DNA from: Lepidodermella squamata
Lineage: Eukaryota > Animalia > Gastrotricha
Reading direction: 5' to 3'
DNA: 64,000 nt
NCBI GenBank assembly: GCA_047495785.1
Contig: JBLDXI010000004.1
Coordinates: forward strand, 2,480,001 to 2,544,000
In this document: positions 1 to 9,639 of the stretch, in pieces
How positions within the stretch are numbered: the stretch's first letter is position 1
Layout: each line of letters starts with the position of its first letter
Notes under the pieces: model-generated
Told to the model about the DNA's origin: nothing
Seen by the model: the letters and a program-made list of their open reading frames with translations, nothing else
Databases searched by the model: none
Made by a program: the position numbers and the translations under genes

Positions 1-339
1 GTTGGTTCATTAGTGTTACCTCCGGGATGTACATATTAGCTCGATTGAAATGATAGGTTAATCCTTCAGGTGTACCTGTATCAGCCGCGACAATCACATA
101 AACCAAAGGCCGATTATAGTTAGGAGTGAGAATGATCCTAAATCGAGACTTCGTGAAAATTCCATGATACGAATTAAAGAAGGGCAAATCTTTCAGATAT
201 AAAGTGACGGTGGCCTCAGTAGATTTAACATAGCTGCTTCGCGTTATCAAACCCTTGTTAGCTGCAGCTTTCGATGCATCGAAAGTGTCAGCCGACACAT
301 CAGCAATTAGCGTTGTGCTTCCTAAAGCCAACGGACAGT
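1..339 (-). pseudogene. Element B major capsid gene, part downstream of the A insertion (continues off-window)
   Basis: Close nucleotide match to A MCP at ~5915-6253; rejoins 23908 onward when A and one TSD copy are removed. Confidence 0.93.
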
Positions 340-911
340 AGTAGAGTACAATAGCCGGTCCTAGACCAAACCCAAGGAAAGTGAAATAATCAAAGAAATT
401 ATGATTTATAGGGCTATATGGTGTGAGTGTATTTCCAAGGGGGGAGTATTGGGTTTTGAAAAAACTGGGGGTTATCGAAAAAGGGTGTATGGCTGTGAAT
501 ATGATGTATTTACCGAGTGATTCGGCATACACCCTTTTTGAAAAATTGAGGGTGGGGCGGGGGAAATTGGCAATTAGGGGAAAAATAAATGGTGAATTTA
601 TAAAAAGCGAAGAGATAATGAGGGTGCAAAGGAGAGAAAGGGAGTAAATAAATTTGGGGGAAAATTTGGGGAACAAATTGCTGGGGAAATTATTTCGAAA
701 GGGAGCGTACAAGAGGTATAACAGAGGGTAGGGGGTAGGGGTAGGGGTAGGGAAAGGTGTATGGGTAAGGGTAAGGGTGAGAGGTGAGAGGTGGGCGAGG
801 GCTGGTGAATTTGGGGGAAATTCTGAAAAACTCTGGGGAAACTGTGGGGAAATTGTGGAAAAATTCTGGGGAAAGTATTTTGATAAGGAGGGTACAAGAG
901 GTATAACGGAG
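340..911 (+). repeat. Left terminal inverted repeat of A (572 bp)
   Basis: Reverse complement of 23330-23901; one mismatch noticed (G484 vs A); purine- and G-run-rich. Confidence 0.95.
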
Positions 912-941
912 AGTGAGATACTGTAAGCTTGGTTCAACTAG

Positions 942-1330
942 GGAATGGGGAATCTGGAACCTGGAATCTGGAATCTGGAACAATATATAAGTGGGGCCTA
1001 ATGCATAATCTGGCGAATTCCCGGGGTCCAGAATCTGGAATCTGGAATCCGGAACCTGGAATCTGGAACAATATATAAGTGGGGGCTATTGCATAATCTG
1101 ACAAATTCCCGGGGTCCAGAATCTGGAATCTGGAATCAGGAACCTGGAACCTGGAATCTGTAACCTGGAATCTGTAACCTGGAACCTGGAACCTGGAATC
1201 TGGAACAATATATAAGTGGGGGCTATTGCATAATCTGACAAATTCCCGGGGTCCAGAATCTGTAACCTGGAATCTGTAACCTGTAACCTGGAACCTGGAA
1301 CCTGGAACCTGGAGCCTGGAACCTGGAATA
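942..1330 (+). repeat. Subterminal minisatellite: TGGAA(T/C)C / TGTAACC heptamers interleaved with three ~55-bp units
   Basis: Directly visible; unit AACAATATATAAGTGGGG..TGCATAATCTG..AATTCCC(C)GGGGTCCAG at ~979, ~1067, ~1204. Confidence 0.92.
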
Positions 1331-1367
1331 TTTTCTTTATCAAATATATATCAAAAAATAATTTATA

Positions 1368-1763
1368 ATGGTAGTGCGAAATTTGCGTAGAGATTCAGAA
1401 TATCGTAGACGAGTTAGATCGGCAATCAAGGAATATGAGACAACGCGAAAGAGTGTTAAAGAAATAGTAGAGGAATTTGACATTTCATCAAGTAGTCTAT
1501 TTTACTATAGAAATAAATCGAAAGGGCAGGGCACCCAAATTGGGGGTTTTATTGCAAGTAGGGAACCTCGTGATAAGAGCGTAAAAGCACAAACTGGTCG
1601 ATCCACTGTAGTTCAGCAAAATGAACCAATAGTACTCATCCCTAGAGGAACGTATGACCGAGAGAAAAGGGTACGAAATGATAGAGCAGACGAATCATCG
1701 ATGAAATCTAACTCGAGTCTATATGATATCCACCATGGGTATTATGATAAAGATGATGAGTAG
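1368..1763 (+). CDS. Small helix-turn-helix DNA-binding protein
   Basis: SAIKEYETTRKSVKEIVEEFDISSSSLFYYRNK fits an HTH pattern; AT-rich TATA-like upstream sequence. Confidence 0.6.
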   Translation: MVVRNLRRDSEYRRRVRSAIKEYETTRKSVKEIVEEFDISSSSLFYYRNKSKGQGTQIGGFIASREPRDKSVKAQTGRSTVVQQNEPIVLIPRGTYDREKRVRNDRADESSMKSNSSLYDIHHGYYDKDDE

Positions 1764-1828
1764 ACCAAACAGCGAGGGAGGGATAATCGAAAATAATTAA
1801 TTTCTTGGTACTATTAAATAGTATAAAA

Positions 1829-2182
1829 ATGCCGACCTGCATAACGTTAACTGAGTGTGATGACATTGTTATAGAAAAAAACGAAACCATTGACTTCTTA
1901 AAAGATAAGTGTAAGGAGTATAGAGAAGATTATAAGCTGCTTAAAAAGCAAGCTGAAGAGGCTATGAAAGCAAATCAATCTAACAACTTGAAAGAAATAC
2001 AAGAAAAGTTAATAGTTGAGCGCAAGGAAAAAGCTAAAATTGAAAATATGTATAACGAGATCATTAAAAAACAGAAGGAAGAACAAGAAAGGTCAGAAAT
2101 TAGAAAGGCTGAAATGCGAGCAAGGAGGCAGAAAACAAAAGCTGAAATTTTAGCTTTTATTGCGGATCTCGAAAGAGAATAA
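1829..2182 (+). CDS. Coiled-coil hypothetical protein
   Basis: E/K-rich ORF; first ATG at 1829. Confidence 0.6.
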   Translation: MPTCITLTECDDIVIEKNETIDFLKDKCKEYREDYKLLKKQAEEAMKANQSNNLKEIQEKLIVERKEKAKIENMYNEIIKKQKEEQERSEIRKAEMRARRQKTKAEILAFIADLERE

Positions 2183-2187
2183 GAAAA

Positions 2188-2694
2188 ATGAGGACATATA
2201 ATATACTAATACAAATGAAAGCAGATGAACTGTCATACATAGAAGAAATGATGAAACTTAATAAAATATTGATGGAGAAGGTAGTAAATAAAGTAAGAGA
2301 AATGAATGCAAGAAACAAGAAATTAGCAATTTTCACAATCTCAATTACTATATTATTATCAGTAATTTTCACTTGTTGGCCAAGGTTGTGCGAGCTACTG
2401 AAAATGATATATAATACCATGATTAATGAAAATGACGAAGAAACTGATGAAGAAAATGACGAAGAGGTGGAACCAAGGGAAGAAGAGAAAAGAAAACAGA
2501 CCAAGGCTAATCTGAGTAAAATTAAACTTGCACGTGAAAATTATAGTGATAAATCAAAATTAGTTATATCTACTAAAGAACTATCTAAAAATCTTTCCGC
2601 CTCCCGTGATAAAATTATGAACGAGCATCAAAAAGTATCAGCATTACAATTTCCATGGATGCCTATTGAGCACGGTTCATATTTTCTGTTGTAA
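2188..2694 (+). CDS. Hypothetical protein with one transmembrane helix and an acidic tract
   Basis: LAIFTISITILLSVIFTCW; NDEETDEENDEEVE. Confidence 0.55.
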   Translation: MRTYNILIQMKADELSYIEEMMKLNKILMEKVVNKVREMNARNKKLAIFTISITILLSVIFTCWPRLCELLKMIYNTMINENDEETDEENDEEVEPREEEKRKQTKANLSKIKLARENYSDKSKLVISTKELSKNLSASRDKIMNEHQKVSALQFPWMPIEHGSYFLL

Positions 2695-2846
2695 TCAATT
2701 CATTTCCTCTAACAGTTTCCCCCGAAAATTGTCAGGGATTGCTGACTGGAGCGAATTTTTCAGGTTTAATTTCATGTCAGTGTGCTTTTCCCGTTCTTTT
2801 ATTGTCATATTATATTCTGTTTCAGTGAAGTGAACTTCATCGTTTA

Positions 2847-3560
2847 TCAAACGTTAGATATTTTCATACAAAATTCAACAGTTATAGGTTTGCTGGACGA
2901 CATCATGATGCTGAAAGTGTCACCATTTTCAAACTGTTCTACGAAAGTACAGTATTCGGCTATATTTCGGATCGCGTCGTAGTCGAATGAAAAATATTTA
3001 GAAATTAAGACACTGCCGTTTTTCATGAAATCACAAGTGCAACCTGGCGAGACATTTCCCCAAATTCTAAACCAAAATTGCACATTAGCCAAAATGTTTT
3101 CGAGAAAAGACAACTCATCATTAATTTGAACCAGCAAAGTGTGGGTTATAACTCTTGTTACCGGCATTTTCGTTTGGTCATTCACATGACTCTCACCAAA
3201 GCATAAAAATGTTTGGCCATCAACGTATTGCTTGTTGACTACGTCAAAAAGACCTACGGGATACGCCACGTTTGTTATCCGACCACCATTCATGTCGATG
3301 GTTCTGTCATCAGCGTACTGCAGCGGCTTATACGATTCGATAAGTTGCCTGGATTCTTTTTCATTCAACGTGTTTTCTTCCACCCAAGATTTCGATGCTG
3401 CGTCATTTTCGAAAACGGGGCGGCCAAGATTTTCAATTTTGAAATTATTTGCGTTCATATTACCCATGAGCCCCTTCTTCCCATCGGCGCGTAGAAATAA
3501 ATCTGACCCATGCAAGCTTTCCGACCATTCGCTAGGAATAAAAATTGAACTAGATTTCAT
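2847..3560 (-). CDS. Putative virion fiber/spike protein
   Basis: Two copies of a tail-fiber/YadA-neck-like motif (MNANNFKIENLGRPVFENDAASKSWVE; IDMNGGRITNVAYPVGLFDVVNKQYVD); beta-rich C-terminus with MKNG...FENGDTFSI. Confidence 0.65.
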   Translation of the reverse strand: MKSSSIFIPSEWSESLHGSDLFLRADGKKGLMGNMNANNFKIENLGRPVFENDAASKSWVEENTLNEKESRQLIESYKPLQYADDRTIDMNGGRITNVAYPVGLFDVVNKQYVDGQTFLCFGESHVNDQTKMPVTRVITHTLLVQINDELSFLENILANVQFWFRIWGNVSPGCTCDFMKNGSVLISKYFSFDYDAIRNIAEYCTFVEQFENGDTFSIMMSSSKPITVEFCMKISNV

Positions 3561-3565
3561 TTCAA

Positions 3566-4039
3566 CTAAGTAATGATTAGATTTAATTTTTCATGCCAGC
3601 GTAAAATCGTATCCTTAGAACGGCCCAGAGGGATTTTATTAGCGATGTCTTCATAGCCCAATTTCATTGACAAGTACTTCAGCACAAATTCTACATTGAT
3701 CATATTTTTACCGGGAAATTCGGTGGAATAGAGCTTATCTATTTTCTGGAAGTTTGACATTATGTCATCGAGCTCATACCATTTGAGAATTAGTCCTAGT
3801 TTTCTGATTTTTGTCATGAGATGCCACTTCCGCTTGTAAGGTGGGGAACGGCTAACCCTTTGATAGTAATCTATGAAAGGGTATGCGATGGCACATTTTG
3901 GACAAAAGTTGATGTGGAGACTATGATCAATTTGCAACTGTGATGAGCACGTTTCACATTCTGTTTTAGAATGGCATTTCACACTCTTGTTTTTTATTTC
4001 GGCTAAAAGAGAGAGGCAATATTCGAATTCTTCGTCCAT
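3566..4039 (-). CDS. VLTF3-like (poxvirus A2-type) late transcription factor
   Basis: CxxC...CxxC zinc ribbon, YKRKWH, and KNMINVEFVLKYLSMKLG...IPL, matching the VLTF3 C-terminal pattern. Confidence 0.75.
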   Translation of the reverse strand: MDEEFEYCLSLLAEIKNKSVKCHSKTECETCSSQLQIDHSLHINFCPKCAIAYPFIDYYQRVSRSPPYKRKWHLMTKIRKLGLILKWYELDDIMSNFQKIDKLYSTEFPGKNMINVEFVLKYLSMKLGYEDIANKIPLGRSKDTILRWHEKLNLIIT

Positions 4040-4084
4040 AACCAGGAAAGCACTTACTACCTTTTACAAACAAAATATTTTGTC

Positions 4085-4208
4085 CTGATTCGACAAATTT
4101 GCTCTTTTTGGAGCCGACAATTTGAGAATTGCTCACTTACTTGTTTTCCGAAACCTTTCATTGTTCGTTAAAGGTTTCGGTATGCTCCTTACACTTCAAA
4201 TAATGCAT
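4085..4208 (-). pseudogene. Degenerate small zinc-ribbon gene (DUF5679-like)
   Basis: Reads MHYLKCKEHTETFNEQ*KVSENK*...GSKKSKFV, resembling MYCxKCKxxTxT...CGxKKSxFV but with stops. Confidence 0.45.
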
Positions 4209-4214
4209 TCTTTG

Positions 4215-4664
4215 CTAAGACATCAGATCTTTAAGCTTGATATCATTCATAATGGACCCGTCATTTGTGAAATCGAGGAGAATTTCAAGCTTATTGCGAT
4301 TTTTTGCCAGCTCAGACAGGAAGTAAACAACATAAAAACCGCACGCCACACTTTTAGTGTGCTGAATTTCATGAGTGGAATACCAAATGTCGCGATTACT
4401 TCGCCTCTCAATGACTTCATTGGGACAAATGAACCCAAAGCTGTCGAAATAGATTATTTCCCTATCAGTTACCTGCATTCCTACCCAGTGCGTTCCTCCT
4501 CCAAAATCATCCAAGTTGATTACATAGTATCCATTTTTCAAATGTATAGGCAAGAGATGCCTGGGGTAACATCCATTGTACTTCTTCCCAACTCTCGAGT
4601 ACATCATTTTGTCAATATCCGAATTCGAAAGTGGGAAGAAGCGCCCTAGTTTTTTGACTCCCAT
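4215..4664 (-). CDS. Adenain-like (C5) maturation cysteine protease
   Basis: VINLD..GTHWV, YFDSFG, IQ....ACGFY (His-Asp-Gln-Cys catalytic residues). Confidence 0.93.
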   Translation of the reverse strand: MGVKKLGRFFPLSNSDIDKMMYSRVGKKYNGCYPRHLLPIHLKNGYYVINLDDFGGGTHWVGMQVTDREIIYFDSFGFICPNEVIERRSNRDIWYSTHEIQHTKSVACGFYVVYFLSELAKNRNKLEILLDFTNDGSIMNDIKLKDLMS

Positions 4665-5275
4665 GGTAAATACACTCCATTTCCCTTATTCGCCTTGAAC
4701 AATGTAGGTAAAAATGTCCCTAGCAGGCTAGCAACTAGTGGAACAACGAATGAGCCACCCTTTTGCTCAATATCGCGATCAATCGAAAGTTTACTGCCCA
4801 GTGGCAATAAATTCTTATTTTCTAACATATCGACCATTTTGACTAGTTCATTCAAATCCTCTTTTGGAACTGATAGTTGTACGTTGGTCTCGTTTACGCC
4901 CTTCCCCGCTAATTTGTTACCGATCGCGTTGGTTGCGCCATTTATCAGCCCTGATACTGCACTCAGGGCCAAAGGTGCAGCAATCGTTGCGGCTTTTGCA
5001 AGTATGGGCAGGATGGGAAGTAGGCCGCCTGATTGGTTTTTCTTCAGTTGTGATAAACTAAGCTTCAATTGAACACCGGTATCGTTGGCTTTGTGCTTCT
5101 CTACTTTGTTTATTTGAGTTTGGGTAAGCATCAACTTGCGTAAATTTTCGTTTTGGTGAATAACCTGTTTGCTAAATTTAAGTGTTATTGACTTTTTGTT
5201 CTTCACCGCACCCTGGAGTTTCTCAAGCTGACTATCCGTCAGGGGCAATTCGTATTCGAAATACTTATGGCTCAT
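4646..5275 (-). CDS. Virion core protein precursor (adenovirus pX/pVII-like)
   Basis: SGGLLPILPILA and KGGSFVVPLVASLLG motifs; GxG/GG protease-type sites; basic N-terminus. Confidence 0.7.
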   Translation of the reverse strand: MSHKYFEYELPLTDSQLEKLQGAVKNKKSITLKFSKQVIHQNENLRKLMLTQTQINKVEKHKANDTGVQLKLSLSQLKKNQSGGLLPILPILAKAATIAAPLALSAVSGLINGATNAIGNKLAGKGVNETNVQLSVPKEDLNELVKMVDMLENKNLLPLGSKLSIDRDIEQKGGSFVVPLVASLLGTFLPTLFKANKGNGVYLPWESKN

Positions 5276-5300
5276 TTACCGCTAGATTAGAAATTTTGCA

Positions 5301-6680
5301 TTAGACGCTGGTAAGACTAATGTCAACAGAGTCATGCTTGTAGTTGAAGCATATCTCCTTTTCCCTTTCAATGAACGAATAAATTACAAGAGGCTTATTC
5401 ACCGCACCGACCGTCGCTTTGAATACTACAGAAACAGTGTTATCTGCTCGAGAGTTGTAAATGGAAGTAGCATCTACGTCGTCCAAGCAAAAGCAAAGAA
5501 TTCTGTACAAGTTGCAGAATTCCATGTACGAAATCTGACATCCCGTATTCAGACTTTCCCTATCGCTGTTCTGGTGCATATTCTGTTTTATGTAATTGTA
5601 TAACCGGTGAGCTTTCAGCTTAGCAAAAGAAACATTGGATTCATTAAAGGCTTCTTTGTTATTAATCAAAAGGGAATATGAAGTAACGTTCCACGTGTTA
5701 TATATCTGCGTGAGTTTCTTCGGATATTCCTCGTCTGAGTAATCGGGGCAAAGAACAATATAAACCCAATTGGGTTTCCTTATTTCAGTGCTGATTGTGT
5801 ACTGAATATTCGTGGTATTAGCAGCAAATTGACAGGACTGATATGGATCAATCGATATCCATTTATGAATTTTAGTGAATCCCTCGTTGAACTTTTTCAT
5901 TATTGAAAGTTTCTGTTGGTTCATGAGCGTTACTTCCGGGATGTACATATTAGCCCGATTGAAATAATAAGTTAATCCTTCAGCTGTATCTTTATCAGCC
6001 GCGGCAATCACATAAACCAAAGGTCGATTATAGCTTGGGGTGAGAATAATCCTAAATCGAGACTTCGTGAAAATTCCGTGATATGAATTGAAAAAGGGCA
6101 AATCTTTCAGATATAAAGTGACGGTGGCCTCAGCAGATTTAACATAACTGCTTCGCGTTATCAAACCCTTGTTAGCTGCAGCTTTCGAAGCATCGAAAGT
6201 GTCAGCCGTCACATCAGCAATTAGCGTTGTGCTTCCCAAAGCCAACGGGCAGTCTTTCGAAAACAACACTTCTTCCCCTAAACTATTGGCGTACTCAGGA
6301 CTCCATTTCAAAAGGAAATTGATGTTGGCCCAATGTTCGAGGAACCGCAGCTCTTCGATTTTGTGATCCGAATCCGATATTTGAACTTCAATATTGTCAA
6401 ACAGGCTCAACACGTGATTCCGAATGGCATACTTGTCAGTATTCACGAACGCGGCTCCATTCTTCCTTTTAATTTGCAATTGAAACTCCAAGTACCCCTC
6501 TCTGACTAGTAAATAATTGTCTTTTAGGTTGTAGCTGGACAATATTAATTTCGAGGGTTGTGAATTTTGATCTTGAGTGAAATTCTGTGCTGGCGTTTCC
6601 GTCCATGTCTTTTTCTCAAAGACCCGATCTTGAATTTCAGTAGTCTCGAAAATGTTATTGACGATCTCTTGTTGAAGCAT
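5301..6680 (-). CDS. Major capsid protein (double jelly roll), intact
   Basis: 459 aa, beta-rich; SLFDNIEVQI, YIPEV, RKPNWVYIV; position in the morphogenesis block. Confidence 0.85.
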   Translation of the reverse strand: MLQQEIVNNIFETTEIQDRVFEKKTWTETPAQNFTQDQNSQPSKLILSSYNLKDNYLLVREGYLEFQLQIKRKNGAAFVNTDKYAIRNHVLSLFDNIEVQISDSDHKIEELRFLEHWANINFLLKWSPEYANSLGEEVLFSKDCPLALGSTTLIADVTADTFDASKAAANKGLITRSSYVKSAEATVTLYLKDLPFFNSYHGIFTKSRFRIILTPSYNRPLVYVIAAADKDTAEGLTYYFNRANMYIPEVTLMNQQKLSIMKKFNEGFTKIHKWISIDPYQSCQFAANTTNIQYTISTEIRKPNWVYIVLCPDYSDEEYPKKLTQIYNTWNVTSYSLLINNKEAFNESNVSFAKLKAHRLYNYIKQNMHQNSDRESLNTGCQISYMEFCNLYRILCFCLDDVDATSIYNSRADNTVSVVFKATVGAVNKPLVIYSFIEREKEICFNYKHDSVDISLTSV

Positions 6681-7011
6681 AATTTACCAAAGGATTAGAT
6701 TTTTTAAATTCAACTTTTTTGAAACCAGAGCCCGAATATGAACTTATATTATTTTTAATTTTGCGTTCGAGCTCCTCTATGGCTTTAAGATTAGTTGTTT
6801 CATGACTAGGCAGAACTTTTTCAGCCAACTTCGTTGCTACAAAACTTCCCACTTTATCTCCAGCAGCTTCTGAACCAGATTTCAGCGCTGCTTTGACAAA
6901 ATTTTGGGCTGGTTCAGCTGATACTGCTATTATTTTCGATAAAATGTGTTTACCAACGTCGACGAAACCTCGGCCAGAAATGTAAACGCGCTTTCTTTTT
7001 CGATTATTCAT
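6655..7011 (-). CDS. pVI/cupiennin-like membrane-lytic peptide precursor
   Basis: NLS-like RKRKR, then ISGRG followed by amphipathic FVDVGKHILSKII; later GSG site. Confidence 0.7.
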   Translation of the reverse strand: MNNRKRKRVYISGRGFVDVGKHILSKIIAVSAEPAQNFVKAALKSGSEAAGDKVGSFVATKLAEKVLPSHETTNLKAIEELERKIKNNISSYSGSGFKKVEFKKSNPLVNYASTRDRQ

Positions 7012-7035
7012 AATTCAGCAATAACTAGATAAGCA

Positions 7036-7782
7036 CTAGATTATATCTATACCTATCCCCCACCTACTTTCGACGAAGTAAATCTCGTTTCCCTCTTGAT
7101 TGGTGAGCCAGACTCGAATATTCTGCGTGTTCGCGTTTGTGCACATTAGGAACCTTTTCTCGTTCGGGATGTAGTTGACGTGTTCCCCAAATTTTTTGTT
7201 GATAGGGCAAGTAAAAATAACTGTGTTATATTCGGGGATGACGCTATTATTAACCACGGAACAATGAACAAACATTGTATCCAGCCCCATAGTCACATCA
7301 GGGACGTTTTGAGAATTGAAATCGTGGTCGTAGGAGCCTACGTTGACCCCGAGAAACCGGGCCATAGCGTCAGTTTCTACCATCAAACGATAATTCTCCG
7401 CAATCCTAACGCTAATGCAACTGAATACGGGGTTGACACTAATATTGATGCCGAAAATTTCTGCTCCTTTCGCGCTGTCAACGGCAAAATGTCCGTTTAA
7501 CTTCATCTGGAAATGCAAATAATTGTTAAAATCTTGGAAGGTGTACGTTCCATCAGGAAAAACTGTTTCGAATATTTCTTCGTTCAGCGAGTATTTCAAT
7601 GTATTGTTTCCGTAACGAGCAGAAACGTTGTGAAACGTATCGCTGAAATGAATATAACTAACTGCAATTCGCCTTCCAGTGAAGTCTATTTTATCATTGA
7701 GGTATCGGTCGATGGTGTTATTTCGAGAACTTCGATTATTTGAAAGATACTCTAGTGGTAAGAAAATCGGGCTCAGACTCAT
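7036..7782 (-). CDS. Minor capsid (penton) protein
   Basis: FHNVS, FPDGTYTFQDFNNYL, MFVHCSVV, IRVWLTNQEG: Maverick penton motifs. Confidence 0.85.
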   Translation of the reverse strand: MSLSPIFLPLEYLSNNRSSRNNTIDRYLNDKIDFTGRRIAVSYIHFSDTFHNVSARYGNNTLKYSLNEEIFETVFPDGTYTFQDFNNYLHFQMKLNGHFAVDSAKGAEIFGINISVNPVFSCISVRIAENYRLMVETDAMARFLGVNVGSYDHDFNSQNVPDVTMGLDTMFVHCSVVNNSVIPEYNTVIFTCPINKKFGEHVNYIPNEKRFLMCTNANTQNIRVWLTNQEGNEIYFVESRWGIGIDII

Positions 7783-7806
7783 TTTATTTGGAAGCTAGAT
7801 AATTCT

Positions 7807-8961
7807 CTATATACTACAAACTGTTGTGTATTCTTCCTTCGTTATTTTTCCATGCTTCAGCAACAAGTCCGCTATAGACACTAATTCGTTCCTAATTGCT
7901 TCATTGTTATTACCTGCTTTAATTTCTCCTAAACAATGCAGCATACGCTTTTGTGCATCCTGTAAGGTCACAAAAAGCGCAGAACCGGACTGCCTAGAAA
8001 TTGCGAGTTCAGATCTTACGTTGGAGTGAGGTTTCGGTTGGTATCCGGTCCTACGACAAATTTCTTGGAAGTGTGAAAAATCTTCTTGGGTGTATTTGTA
8101 CTTTTTCGGTTCATATCGCTTCAAAATGAGATTTCTCACACCATCGGAAATTTGCTCATCAAACACTCTGCTTTGGTTCTTTTTTCTGACGCGGAGCCAC
8201 CCGTCGAGTAAGTCTTCCTTGCGTACATAAAATCGCCCAAACCTTTGGAGATTTTTTGGGATTGGTTTAGTGAAACCGTCGCCTAGTTGTTTGCTTTTTA
8301 ATGCTTCGCGATAGTTCCTCAAAACTGCGATGTCGCGCTTAATTCTATTATAGTCTTCTGAATCTCTTTTCCCCGCTCGTGTGAGACTAGAGAGCCTGGC
8401 CCCCAATACCTGTCTGTTGTATGTGGCCAAACTCACTACGGCTTCTTCTATGTCCTCTTGTTTAATTTGCTCAATTGTTGGGAAATTATGCTGACGGATG
8501 ATAGTGTTCATTTCGTCTGTGGTAAATGTCCCATCTTGAGCATCAGGTTCCTTCGACGAGTCAGAGTCTTGATCACTCTCATCATCTTGCGAATTTCGCG
8601 ACGAGGCTAACCTATTTTTCACAGGACTCTCATACTCAAGTTTAGGAATTTTCAGAGCCACAGGGGATGCAGAGGCAGAAATAGTTGGAATGCCATGTTT
8701 AGCTATTAGTGGTTTCTTTTTTACAACTAATTCCTTAATAGAATTTTGCAAACTACGTATGGCTTCAGTGGTCGGTCGTTGGTTGATTGCTGTTTGCATG
8801 GTCGCCAGTGGGCTGGGTTCCGTTTCCATCCCAAATTTGTGCTTGAGCGCATAAGAATCGTGACTTGCAAGCGCGAGGTTTTTATCATACAGTTTTTCTT
8901 CTCTATCTAATTGCTCCAAAATTTTTATCTGCTCGGGGATCGTGAGTTCTTTGATCGGCAT
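7807..8961 (-). CDS. Conserved Maverick hypothetical (probably virion) protein
   Basis: C-terminal RMLHCLGEIKAGNNN...ELVSIADLLLKHGKI motif; ATG at 8961 matches the B start. Confidence 0.75.
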   Translation of the reverse strand: MPIKELTIPEQIKILEQLDREEKLYDKNLALASHDSYALKHKFGMETEPSPLATMQTAINQRPTTEAIRSLQNSIKELVVKKKPLIAKHGIPTISASASPVALKIPKLEYESPVKNRLASSRNSQDDESDQDSDSSKEPDAQDGTFTTDEMNTIIRQHNFPTIEQIKQEDIEEAVVSLATYNRQVLGARLSSLTRAGKRDSEDYNRIKRDIAVLRNYREALKSKQLGDGFTKPIPKNLQRFGRFYVRKEDLLDGWLRVRKKNQSRVFDEQISDGVRNLILKRYEPKKYKYTQEDFSHFQEICRRTGYQPKPHSNVRSELAISRQSGSALFVTLQDAQKRMLHCLGEIKAGNNNEAIRNELVSIADLLLKHGKITKEEYTTVCSI

Positions 8962-8993
8962 TTGGTTTACCACTAGATTTTCTCGATCAGATT

Positions 8994-9639
8994 TTACCGA
9001 ATTAACCGAATGAGTTCAGTGTTGAAGAATTCAAGATAGAGTATCAGGTCATGGGAAAAATTCCGTTCCGACTCATTTAAACGGAAAACATTCTAGTTTA
9101 ACCCAGCTTAAACCAGCAAATATTGCGATTTCCGGTGTAAATTACGAAATCCGGCCATCGGAATATTACCGAATGAGTTTAGAGTTGCTGGAAGGATTCA
9201 AGACACGAGGCTGAAGGATTTTTTGAGAACGGAGGGCCGGTATTACGCCTCTTGGCTCGCTGCTAACTGGCCGGAGGGCCGGTATTACGCGAGCCTTTAG
9301 CTCGCTACTAGCGGTCCTACGGACCGGTACTCGGGCGGTGTTCGACCACCGGCTAGCTCCAGTCCCAGTCTCCCCGCTACTTCGCGCACTGGGCTAGCGG
9401 CCCTTAGGGCCGGTATGCTCCTTCGGAGCTAACGGGTCTTTTGACCCGGTACGCAGAACACAGAGTATCAGGCCATGGAAAATAATGCGTTTAGACTCAT
9501 TTTAACGGTAAACTTTCTAGTTTAACCCAGCTAAAAACAGCAAATATTGCTATTTCCGGCGAAAGCGGACGTAAATCCGGCCTCAGAAGTATTGAGCGAG
9601 TTTGGGAATTTACCAGGGGCGTGCTCAGGCCCCAGCTGA
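8994..9639. other. A-specific 646-bp non-coding insert: two ~140-bp direct repeats flanking a GC-rich hairpin cluster
   Basis: Absent from B (22-bp gap there); repeats at ~9038-9180 and ~9463-9603; flanked by ATCAGATT at 8986-8993 and 9640-9647. Confidence 0.75.

Noticed and set aside
423-983. ORFs in the left TIR and their mirrors at 23096-23903
   Set aside because: Low-complexity Pro/Phe-rich or mirror-image translations of the G-rich TIR; no coding signal
942-1343. CRISPR-like array, or the 85-aa ORF at 1086-1343
   Set aside because: The segments between units are heptamer repeats, not unique spacers; no cas genes; eukaryotic context; the ORF is a repeat artefact
4122-8029. Plus-strand ORFs overlapping the capsid block, and short ORFs overlapping both pPolB genes
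   Set aside because: Antisense or alternate-frame shadows of well-supported genes
9337-9350. tRNA or Pol III B-box (GTTCGA)
   Set aside because: Imperfect B-box with no cloverleaf or clear A-box; kept only as a weak hint within the hairpin finding
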